Positions 53,508-64,000 of a stretch of 64,000 bases of DNA are shown piece by piece. The position numbers and the translations under genes were made by a program. Numbering within the stretch: the first letter of the stretch is position 1; each line of letters begins with the position of its first letter. The notes under the pieces were generated by a model. The model had not been told where the DNA came from. It ran no database searches and was given only the letters and a program-made list of their open reading frames with translations. The stretch is from Blastocladiella emersonii ATCC 22665 (taxonomy: Eukaryota > Fungi > Blastocladiomycota). The stretch spans positions 2,542,001 through 2,606,000 of the forward strand of contig JANHCV010000002.1 in NCBI GenBank assembly GCA_025594325.1. Reading direction: 5' to 3'.

Positions 53508-56500
53508 ATGGGCGTCGTTGTCGACGACACCAAGCCGACCAAGGGCGAGGGCGCCACCGCCGCCCGCGAACAGTCGTCGTTTTCGCTCGACCCCGAGTTC
53601 GAGAGCATCGCGACCACGCTCGCCCCGAACACGGACGACGTCAACACCCCGTCGCTCACGTTCCGCGTCTGGGTCCTCGGGCTGCTGTTCTGCATCTCGA
53701 TCGCCTACGTCAACGAGCTGTTCTCGTTCCGCACGAACCCCTTCGCGATTCCCTCCTATGTCGGCGTGCTCCTGTCGTACCCTCTCGGCAAGGCCATGGC
53801 CCGCTTCCTGCCCTCGTACCGCTTCAACATGTTCGGCCTCGAGATCGACACCAACCCGGGTCCCTTCACGGTCAAGGAGCACGTTCTCATCGGTATCTTT
53901 GCGTCGACGGGCTCGGCCGGCGTGTACGTTTGTTTTGATGATCGAGGCGAGGCGAGGCGAGGCGACGCGGTGCCTGCCCATCACCCTTTCGATCAACTTC
54001 CCACTCACGCTCCTCGACCTCGCTCCCCCTCTCCCCTCGATTCTATAGCTACGGTGTCGACAACCTCGTGGTGCAGGAGCTGTACTTCAAGCTCAAGCTG
54101 CCGCACATTTGGGGAATCCTCTTCCTGTACACGACGTCGATGCTCGGCTTCGCGGTCGCCGGCACGCTGCGCGACTTCCTCATCCGCCCCGCGCACATGA
54201 TCTGGTTCGTTGCTTTCTCGCTCACATTCTCTCTCTTCCTGCTTCTTCCCACTCGAAAATCGATGGCGGTCGAGCTTGTTTGCACGAGTTGAGCCCACCG
54301 TGGCGCTTCGCGTGCGGCCAAAGCTCGTCCGGCTCTCGCTCGTTTTTTCGACTCCCCGTCCATCCCCCCTACTCCCTCGTGCTCGAAAATTGATGGCGGC
54401 CGCGCGAGCGCACTTGCACGGCGCTTGTCCACCGTGGCGCGTCGTGTGCGACCAAAACTCGGCCGTTTCTCGGCCGTTTCTCGCCCGATTTCGCTTCCCC
54501 CACCTCCCAGAGCCTCGCTAACCACTCCCGCACTCGAAAAAATCATTTAGGCCGTCCGTTTTGCCGTCAGTTGCCTTATATACGTCGTTCCACGACGTCG
54601 AAACCGAGGCCGTCAAGGACGACGGCAAGGAGCACTGGTCGCGGTTCAAGGTCTTCGGCGTCGCGGCCACCGCCATGTTCCTCTGGCAGATCATCCCCAA
54701 CTACATTGCCAACATGATCGAGACGCTCCCGCTCATCTGCCTGCTCGCCCCGAACGCGCCCGTCGACGTGATCAAGATGGGTTCGCCAAACTACGGCGTT
54801 GGCCTCCTTTCGCTTACCACCTCGTGGACCAACATCGGCGGTGGCTCCATGAGTTACCCGCTCTGGACCGCCATCAACCTGTTCCTATCCTACGTCATCT
54901 TCCAGTACGTGCTCAGCACCATGTCGTGGTCGGGCAACTGGTTCAACGAGTACGTTTCTTTGAATTTTCTTGCCGAATCCGCCTCATCGCGAGCCTCTCG
55001 ACTCACCTTCCCGCCCCGAATCGCACCTCGCAGCCCCAAGCCGTTCCGCAAGCTCAACTCGGCCGACCTGTACGACAACAAGGGCAACGCCTTTGAGCCG
55101 AGCGAGCTCGTCGACGAGACCAACACGGTGATCGAGGAGAAGTACGCCGAGATGGCCCCGCTCCGCATCACGCCCTTCTTCGCCTGGGCCTACTGCACGT
55201 CCATGATCTCGTTCACGTCCGCCGTCTCGACCACCATCCTCTTCTTCGGCAAGGACATTTGGGCTCGCTTCAAGGCGCCCAAGGACGAGAGCAAGAACGA
55301 CATCCACTGCCAGCTCATGGACAAGTACCCCGAGGTCCCCAACACGTGGTACTACGTCTTCTTCGGCACCACCACCGTCCTCTCGATCGTCTGCAATCAC
55401 TTTAGTGGGATTGGCATGTCGTGGTATTTCACATTGTTGGCCATCATTGTGTCGCTCGTGGGCACCCTGCCCATCTCGGTGGTCCTCGCGACGTCGGGTG
55501 TGTCGCTCTACATGAACGTCATCTCCGAGTACGTAGTTTTCTTTCGTTTTTTCCCCTGCTACTCGCGATCCAGCGCTGACTATTACCCTCGTTCGCTCGC
55601 ACTGCCAGGTTCGTGATCGGCATGATCCTGCCCGGCCACCCCGTCGTCATGATGGCCTTCAAGTGCCTCGGTGTCACCGTCTCGTCGCAGTGCCTCACCC
55701 TCCTCGCCGATCTCAAGCTCGGTCACTACATGAAGATTCCGCCCCGCCACATCTTCATCTCGCAGATGGCGTCGCAGTTCGTCGCCGTCTTCGTCGTCTA
55801 CTTTGCGTATTCGTCGTGGCTCTCGAACCCGCTGCACGCGCAGTGGATTCTCGACCCCTCGACGGCCGGTCCCGAGGGCAAGGAGTGGAAGGGCTCCAAC
55901 ATGGGCGTGTACTACGTACGTTTTCCTCGAATTGTTTTCGCTTGCTCGCCTCGCCGTCACTCGACCTGTTGTCTAACCCCGTCGCCCTCTCTCGCCCCTC
56001 CCTTCCAGTCGGCCTCGCTCATCTGGGGTGCCATCGGCCCCAAGCGCTTCTTCTTCGACACCGTCTACGCCCCGCTCATCACCTGGGGTCTCATCGGCGG
56101 CTTCATCCTGCCCGTCTTCGTCTGGCTCGGCGACCGCTACCTCGGCGACAGCATCATCCCGTGGCGCCTCATCAACGTGCCCCTCCTCGCCTCGTTCTCG
56201 GGCCCGCCCTACACCCAGAACTTCCAGCTCATGTCGCTCTTCAGTACGGATCGCCTTTCCTCCTCACTCCGACTTGTTTGACCGACTTGGCCACTAACCA
56301 TCTCTCGCCCCGATTTCCAGTCTCGATCTTCTTCCAGGGCTACATGTACCGCAAGCACAACGGCTGGTGGCGCCGCTACAACTACGTGCTCGCGACGGCC
56401 TTCGACGTCGGTGCCGCGCTCACCAGTCTCGCCCTCACCGCCACGCTCAAGGCCTACAAGATTCGCTTCCCAATGTGGGCGCTCAACAGCGACGGCTCGG

Positions 56501-56562
56501 ACGAGGCCTACGAGCGCTTCGGCCCGGACGCCGACTGGTGCCACTACCCGGTTGACGAGTAA
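53508..56562 (+). CDS. OPT-family oligopeptide transporter (multi-exon)
   Basis: PNTDDVNTPSLTFRVWVLG, NPGPFTVKEHVLI, KYPEVPNTWY, LKLGHYMKIPPRHIF, IWGAIGPKRFF, YNYVLATAFDVG. Several GT..AG introns. Confidence 0.95.
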
Positions 56563-57649
56563 ACCGAGTTCGACTGCACCGCGCGACCAAGTTTGGTGCT
56601 CCAACAAGCCTGCGTATAGGCTCAGTTTGCCTAGATCCGCTCCACGCTCCGCAAACTGCCTGTCCACCACAGCTCCGAATTTCAATATAGATGGTTCTCG
56701 TCAAAATCGTTCTTTTCGCGCCTTGAGTGACTGTTGCTCGCCATTTCCACCGGTCAAATTGAGCTCGACCTTGCGTGCCATACGCACACTTCGAGCGTGA
56801 TCAGCGCGCTGATCATCAGCACGTGATCCGAGAGTGTGGCGCAACACGTCCGTAAGCGCCAAGTCCTTCAGGATTTCACATCTCCATGCGTCATTGCGGC
56901 GATCATTCCAGGCGTAACACATAAAAATACGATGATTCCCTTGCAGAGCTGCACGCGTTCCTCCAAGTTTGCTCGAAATGAGGTAGCAGAAGGAGCTCTT
57001 TCTGTACGCGTGAGCGCCAAACAACGAGATCCTCTTGTGCGCAAGCCTTGACTGCACACGAGGCACGTTAAGAGTCAGCAGGTAATACACGGACTTTAAT
57101 TTTGGTCGCGCTGATGGGAATAGGCCTCACCTGTTTGATCGACGCGTCTCGCCCGCACGCCTCCGACAATGACTTTCACGCTGCTCAAATGTCCCCAGCC
57201 TGATGAAGTGTACACTCTAAAAAAATCATGCGTAGGATGTCGAGGCGGCAAAAGGAGGAAAAATATGGAATGCGCTCTGACCGAAACGAGCGCCCGTCCC
57301 CCCGGTAGAATCGAACACCCGCCCAATGGAAGCTGAAGCCCGGTATCAGGACACGGTCCTGACCATTTTGCTGACACGCCACGGTTATGATATAGCAAAA
57401 TTCGAATATAACCCTTACCAGTTGCCCTTGGATCACTCGGTGCCTTGATTGCCGGCTCGCACTGACCCACATTCATGCCAAATTCCTCACCCGTCGGCCG
57501 CGTCCATGAATGGACGAAGCAGCACTTCGAACACCTCATACGGTCACGGTCGTGACACTCATAACGGCTGAGAGACACTGAATGGTTCAGTCCATGTTGA
57601 TTGACAATCTAAGAAATACACTCCGTCGCCACCACACACACCACAACCC

Positions 57650-59168
57650 TTATGGTCCGTCCATGATCACGTCCTCCTGCTGCTGCTGCTGCCCTTGTCC
57701 GTGCAGTGGTTGCTGATGCTGCAGTGGTTGCGTCTGGCCCTGCTGGTTCTGGTGGTGCTGCTGCGCCGCAGCCGCGGCAGCTGCCGCCGCGACGAACGCG
57801 GCCTGGACCGACGCGCTGTTGGGTACGGCGCGCCCGGTGCCCGCCGAGCTCACCGCGGCGGCGCGCTGCGCGACAACGGCCTTGGCGACGGCGGGCGTCT
57901 TGCCCGTGGCCCGCGAGATGCGCGCGACGGCCTTGACGACGTTCCCCTTACCCGCCGCGCCCTTGCCGCCACCGCGCGCGGATTTGGAGCCATCAGCGGC
58001 GGTCGCGGGCGCCGCGGCGGCGGCGGATGAGGAAGGCGCCGCGTCGTCGTCGTCCGAGTCACCGACACCCGCGTTCCCGTCGGTGGCGGCGATCAGCTCG
58101 TTGACGGCGCGCTGCTGTGCCGAGTCGGTCTTCCACAGCGTCTCCTTGACGTACGAGAAGAAGATGTCGTCGGACGACTCGAGCAGGTCGGCGGGGAGCT
58201 CGGGGCGGCCGGGGGTTCCGGCGGGGACGAGGGCCTGGAACTGCGCGACGAGGTCGACGAGGCGGCGCTCGCGCGACCGCAGGAACGAGCAGTAGTCGTA
58301 CGCGGACTTGAGCACCATGATCTTGGAGATACCCTTGCCCTCGTTCTTGATCTCGCGCCGCTTCTTGCGGCTGCCGGGCTCGTCGCCGTGCGCGGCGCCG
58401 GGCGGGTTCGGGTTGTTCTTGGTGCGCCGCGTCGTCACCGAGTTCTGCAGGCCCGGGATGAGCCGCCGCAGCTCGTCGAACCCGTCCTTCATCTGGTTGC
58501 GCCGCTTCTGCTCGGCCGCCTTGTGGTTCATCTTCTTGACCTCGGGGTCGTCGTCGTCCTCGCCGTCGCCCGCACCCGCTCCGCCGCGGCCCAGACCCTC
58601 GACGCCGCCGCCGTCCTCAAGGTAGTCGCTCAGCAGCATCCCGCGACCCAGCCCGAGCGTCGTGTACCCGCCGAGCCCCGACAGGTTGACGAGGTGCGGA
58701 TCGTGGTGCTGGTGTGGGTACTGGAACTGGTCGTGCTGGTACTCGGACCCCGACCCCTGCGATGGCGGCGGGATGTACGCGCTCGGGTTGACGGGCGCAG
58801 GCGCGGGCGCCGCGTCCGCGGGTTTCGACACGACGCGCATCGTGGTCCCGGGCCCCTGCGGCACCGCGGGTGGCGGGAGCGGCGGCGGGATCATGCCCGC
58901 GTCCCCACTGCCGCCGCTGCCGCCGTACATCGCGTGCGACGGGTACATGGCGGGCGACACGAGCGGCAGGAACGGCGGCGTGTTGAGCAGGTCGCCGATA
59001 CTCGCCGCCGAGTCGGGCGCGTGCCCGGTGCTCGACCCGGCCGCTGAGCTGGGCTGCAGCGTCTGCGACGTGGGCGTCGGCGGCATGGTCGGCGTTGGCG
59101 GGACCCCGCTCGCCGCCGCCTGCTGCTGCTGTGACTGCTGCTGGAATGACTGCTGGCGGTGGTGCGAG

Positions 59169-59204
<36 letters not shown>

Positions 59205-62141
59205 GAGTACAGGCCGGGCGACTGGGCCGCCGCTACCGCCGCCGCCATGGCGTCGGGCTTGAGCTGCAGGTGCGCCGGCGGCTGCCCGCGGCCCGACGAC
59301 GACTGGCCCGAGCTCGACGAGGACGCGTGCGGTTTGAGCGCGGGCGACTTGAGCATGGCGGCCATGGCGGGCGACATGGGCGCCATGCGGGGCGACTGGC
59401 GCGCGTACGGCGCGGCGGCGAGCTTGGACGCCTTGACGACGGACGTGCTGTTAGACCGGCGCGAGTTGGCGGCGTTCGTCGCCGACGCCGACGACGCGTG
59501 GCCGGGGATCGGGACCGATGGCGGCGGGAGCAGGCCGTTGCCGAGATCCGTCGGGCTCACGGACGATCCCGCGCCGCCACCGCCGCCGCCGCTCCCGCCG
59601 ACACCGAGCCCGGTGCCGCGTGCCGACGTCTTGACGGGTTTCCCGCCGAACATGCCCGCGACGCTCAGCGCGGCGGCCGGGAGGAACGGGCCGGGGCTCG
59701 AGCTGCTGCGCGAGCTGCTGCGGCCGCTCGCCGCCGAGTAGTGGTGCGGCTGGATGTGCTCGGGCACGACGATCCCGCGCAGCGTCGTCTGGATCCGCGG
59801 CGACGGCGACTCGCCGGCCACACCCTGCAGGTGCGGTTGCTGCTGCGGCTGCTGCAGGGGTTGCTGGTGCTGCTGCTGGAAGAACCCGTTGCCAGCGGCC
59901 ATGTTGCCGGGAAGGATCGACGACATGTCGTCGAGGAGCCCCGTGGCCGAAGTCGACGAGGACATGAGCGCGGCCGGCGTCACGGGCAGGATCGGGTTCC
60001 CGGCCGCGGCCTGCGCCATGGCGGACGAGTGCGCGCCGCCGCCGCCGACGGCCGAGCCGTGGTTGCTGATGCCGGAGTCGACGCCGAGCCCCGTGCCGAA
60101 CGCGCGGGTATCGGCGGCACCGCTGCTCGAAAAGTCGGCGCCGAAATCGCTGCCGCCGAACGAGTGCATGAGCGCCATGGCGTCGCCCTGGTTTGCGGTG
60201 CCAGCGCCCATGGCCGAGTTGGACGACTGGAGCAGTCCGGTGCCCGACATGACGGCGACGTTGCCGTGGTCGGCGGCGGCCGCGGAGCCGGCGTCGGGGA
60301 ACCCGGACATGGGGAAGCCCGAGGGCGGGAGCGGCGGGAGCGCCGATGAGTTGTTCTGCAGGGCGGAGGGCTGCTGCAGGAACGACTGGAACACGGGCGA
60401 CGTGAGCGGCGAGAAGGGCTCCTGCGCGGCCTGCATCGACAGGCGCGAGAAGGCGGTCGCCGGCGTGAAGTTGGTGTTGATGGGCGACATGAACGGGTTG
60501 TGCGGCGTCGGGTGCGAGCTCTACAGGTTCGGGAGGGAGGGAGTGAGTGAGACGCGGTCGTTGAGCGAGGGTATCCGCCGGATTCATGCGCACCAGGGCC
60601 GTAAAGTCGACGTCCATCTCCGAGGCGGTGCGCGACGTGGCCATCATGGCGGCCGCAGCCGCGGCAGCCGCCGCGTGCGGGTAGGATCCGTGGTTCGGGT
60701 TGGCCATGATGACGGGGGACGCGACAGCCGAGGGCGCCTGCGAGTGCATGAGGTGGGCGAGCTGGACGGCCTGCTGCTGCTGCTGTTGCTGCTGTTGCCG
60801 GTGCTGGTGCTCGATTTGGGTCTTGGCGGCGAGGGCCTCGCGCTCGCGCTCGACCTCGGCGAGCTTCATTTTGAGCATGGCGTTCTGCTCCTCGAGCGAC
60901 CGCACAATGTGGTCGTTGGACGCCTGCGAGTTGGCGAGCAGCGCCATGACGCGCTCGGCGGCGGCAGAGTCGCTCGTGAGCGACGTGGACCGCTGTGGCT
61001 GGTGCGCGCGGCTGCCGGACGGCAGGAGCGGGCCGGGCGACGGCGTCGGGTCGCCGGGGGTGCTGCCGCCCATCATGGCGGCGGCGGCCGCAGAGGCCAC
61101 GGCGTTGGTGTGCGAGTTCGAGTGGGTGGCCGAGGTTGGCGACAGGAGCGCGGTCAGGTCGGCGTTCTCAGCCCACATCATCATGTCGTGCGTCGGCTGC
61201 TGCTGCTGCTCGTGCGAGCCGGCGGGATCGACCAATGGCTGCTGGTGGTGGTGGTACTGCTGGAACTGCTGCTGGTGGTGGTGCTGCCCCGCCGCGGCCT
61301 GCGACAGCGGCTCGGGCGAGTCAAAGGTGAGGAACGAGTCGACGAGGTGCTGGTCCTCGGGCCGCATCGGGTAGCCCGTCGACTGCTGCTGCTGCTGCTG
61401 CTGCTGCGTCTGCTGGTAGTGCTGCTGGTACGCCGAGGCGTTGAACGAGCCGGCGTTCATGCCCGAGTGCTGCTGGTGCGCCATGTCGGCGGCCGAGGGC
61501 GGGCGAGCCGCGTGGTGGGAAGCGGGGTGGTTTGCGCGCGGGCGATGGACGGCGGGCGAGCTGGCGGGCGACACGGAAGCCGAAGCAGAGGCCGGGCTCG
61601 AGGTGAAGGAGCGCGGGACGGCGGCAGCGCCGTAGCGGAGGTAGTTGGGCCGGTGCTGGTGCGGGTGGTGCGGCGGCGGCTGAGCGTCGCCGTGGGCAGT
61701 GGCAGCAGCGGCTGCAGCGGGTCCCTCGGCGTTGGTGGGGGCAGGGTGCGGCTGAGGGTACGGGTGCTGCGCGAGCGGGTGCGGGTGCGGGTTCGGGTAG
61801 GGCGCGCGGCGCGGATGATGGTAGTGGTGATGCTGCTGCGACTGCGACTGCTGGTGGTGGTGGCGGTGCTGCAGCGATTGGTACGCGAATGCGGCGGCGC
61901 GGGAGTCGGAGGGCGGCGCAAAGGGGCGGTCCGATGCGGCGGAATCAGCAGCGGCGTGTGCGGCCGGGTCGTTGCGGGAAGTGGGGGCGGCGGGCTCGCC
62001 GATTCCGTCGTGATACGTTGCGTCGTGTTGGTAGTGGTGGCGGGAGGGCGGCCGAGCGTCGTCTTGCCGCAGCGGCGGCGGAGCGGTCTCAGCGGACTCT
62101 GCGGCCGCCGGCTGCTGCTGCCAGCCCGCAGAGGCCGACAT
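57650..62141 (-). CDS. bHLH transcription factor, Pho4/NUC-1-like (~1,470 aa, 1 intron)
   Basis: Exon 60594-62141 (516 codons) plus exon 57650-60520. bHLH: KKMNHKAAEQKRRNQMKDGFDELRRLIP...SKIMVLKSAYDYC. NUC-1-like motifs FSPLTSP, PVTPAALM, SPALKP. Poly-Q tracts. Confidence 0.8.
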
Positions 62142-62841
62142 CTGCTCGCCCGCGATACGGAACGTCGCGAGAAAAATGAGATTAGCGACCACGGTCGAAA
62201 AATAAACGGTCGACTCGGAAATTGTCTGACGCGGGTCGGGCTTTGAGCCGCCGAAACCGTCCATTGAGACCCAGCAGCGGCCAGCGCGGCGCGCTGCGTC
62301 ACGGACGGTGACGATGGCCGAGCTCGCCGACATCACACCCAGGCATCACTCTTCGAGCTTCGAGGGCGAACACACGCACCTGTTGGGTATCGGTTGACCA
62401 AGCGTGTCGTTCAAGTGTCTCGCGCTCTTGAGTTCACGGTGACGAAGCAGGCCCGGTTACGCGTGCGGGATCGGCGGGGCGGGAGAGAAGGACGAAGCGA
62501 CTCAGACTCGCTCGCTCGCTCGCGGAGGAGGAGAACCCGCACGCCCATGTCGCGCACCATTGCGGTCCAAGTCGCGCTGCTTCCAGAATCGGCCCGCCTG
62601 ATGCGGGCGGAAAACCTCGAGAGTCGTGCCGAACGGCCGTGCGCTCACGTCGGCGGCGGCCGGGACCGACTTCGATGAGTGCCCCCACGCAGGCCACGAG
62701 GGTCCGAACCATGACGGAACAACGCACTGCGATTTCAGCGGCCCGGTGGCCGTCGCCGTCGGTGGCCATGGAACACGAGGGTCGTGGCGGCGGCGCCGCG
62801 GCGCGTCGCGTGTGTGTGACAGCGTTGGGCCCGCCTCGCCA

Positions 62842-62928
62842 ACACGTTTTCAAGGGATCGGCAGCCAAAACGTGCAGGACCGGCAACACGTTTTCGCGCT
62901 GCGCCACAGCGGGCCGCTGAAAACGTGT
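62842..62928. promoter_or_regulatory. Cluster of four (A/G)CACGTTTT boxes in alternating orientation
   Basis: ACACGTTTT 62842-62850; AAAACGTGC 62867-62875; ACACGTTTT 62886-62894; AAAACGTGT 62920-62928. Confidence 0.55.
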
Positions 62929-63130
62929 GGCGGCCGACTTCGCCACCATGGCGCACGCTGTGGCCCCGATGGTTTCGCCGCGAGGTCGCGACGCGCGCGG
63001 CCGTGGCCATGGCCATGACCACCGTCGCGACGAGGGTCGCGAACAACATGATCATACCAGTCACCGCGCTTCTCCATGGGACAGAATCGGTCATAGTCCC
63101 TGAGTATCGCCCTCGCGGTGACGACGCGAT

Positions 63131-63326
63131 GGGCCAATTTTTTTCGCGGCTGGCGTGACCCGGCTGCCACTCCTCTCCCAGCTTGGCGCCGTGGCGCCCA
63201 GTCCTTGCGGTCCGGCGCCACACCGGAGGCGGCGCCACAGTCCCCGGCCGAGAGCGCTGACCGCCGAGCCGCAAGCTGGGAGTGGAGTGGCAGCCGGGTC
63301 ACGCCAGCCGCAAAAAAAATTGGCCC
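63131..63326. mobile_element. MITE-like element (196 bp) with ~55-bp terminal inverted repeats and AT flanks
   Basis: 63131-63185 versus the reverse complement of 63272-63326 differ at 2 positions. Termini are GGGCC...GGCCC, with AT on both sides (63129-63130, 63327-63328). Confidence 0.8.
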
Positions 63327-63618
63327 ATCAGAGCCCCGATCAAGCTTGGGCCTTGTCGGCTCGATTGCTCCCACTGATACTCTTGCGCAATGGGTCATGG
63401 CTGGACTGCAGGTGTATTTGACGCTACTATGACTCAATTATCTGGGTGTACGTGATATCTACGGCATTTGAACTTCATTCAGCGTATCGAGATGCATTAC
63501 CGCACGTGATGTGTGTCTCCAACCAAGGGATGCGCGTTCGTCGCGCCGCTCGTTGCTTCACTTGCCCTCCTCCAACCATCCAGCCCCGTATCTCGGCGCC
63601 CATGTATCTTAGTGCAAC

Positions 63619-64000
63619 ATGATCTTCATCGAGGACTACATCGACAGTGCGCAGTTCGCCCGCTCTGCCGTCCCGTCCACGGGAGGCCTCACACGGGCTT
63701 CGCCGTCCGTCTAGCCGTCGAATCGCTGTCGCCCAACCTGCAGCGGCTCATCTCGCACCTCCGCGAGCTCGACGCATGCGTCTACCGTACGTTCTCGCTG
63801 CCGCGTAAACCTTCGCCCAGCAGCAGCCATTCACTCCCTCACTGCCACCTCGCAGATGCGCACGCCGAGCTCATGGCCGACATGACCGCCTTCTGTGCCT
63901 CGGTTCACTCGCTGTCGCGCGAAGAGCGCGTTGCCAAGCTGCAGTCCATTGAGGCCCGCATGCGCGAGACCTCCGAGCTCGACCAGGAGCGCGCCCTCGT
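63619..64000 (+). CDS. ING-family (inhibitor of growth) protein, N-terminal part; runs off window end
   Basis: Spliced: MIFIEDYID|TVESLSPNLQRLISHLRELDACVY|HAHAELM..., matching the ING N-terminal helical domain pattern (YLEDYL..IE.LP.DL.R.F...RE.D). The PHD finger lies outside the window. Confidence 0.75.

Noticed and set aside
56563-57649. Lower-GC gap as a transposon remnant or foreign DNA; ORFs 57096-57578 and 57185-57472
   Set aside because: No terminal repeats, transposase motifs or credible proteins were seen. Convergent 3' regions are commonly more AT-rich.
59165-59205. Long CAG/poly-Q run in the bHLH gene, and other poly-Q/poly-A tracts
   Set aside because: Ordinary coding microsatellites in low-complexity regulatory proteins.
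1-64000. CRISPR arrays, rRNA, tRNA, autonomous transposase or retroelement pol
   Set aside because: No regularly spaced direct repeats, no recognisable structural RNA, and no DDE/RT/integrase motifs were seen.

Overview
This is eukaryotic, very GC-rich, gene-dense DNA with short (~55-80 bp) GT(ACGC)...(CTAAC/CTGAC)...YAG introns. Gene content (CFAP300 dynein assembly factor, OPT transporter, proteinase-K-type subtilisin, Pho4/NUC-1-like bHLH, folliculin) points to a flagellated (zoosporic) fungus, probably Blastocladiomycota-like; this is an inference. About 22 genes or pseudogenes can be modelled by hand, and most long ORFs in the supplied track are antisense shadows. The main finding is a head-to-head pair at 2.0-16.2 kb. 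One gene is a ~3,680-aa protein (beta-rich scaffold, hydrophobic hairpin, ~23 TRAF-type zinc fingers); the other is an intronless RavA/MoxR-type AAA+ ATPase. Both end in the same, clearly homologous ILEI/PANDER-like domain, suggesting an undescribed two-component system. Other notable items: a 1.9-kb element with 21-bp terminal inverted repeats and a 3-bp ATG target duplication; a 196-bp MITE; two tandem pairs of orphan paralogues, each with one frameshifted copy; four Pho4-type CACGTTTT boxes upstream of a Pho4-like gene; a recurrent intergenic ~19-mer; a GC-AG intron; and a DCP2 with both fungal-type and metazoan-type tail motifs. All domain calls are by-eye motif recognition; no database searches were run.
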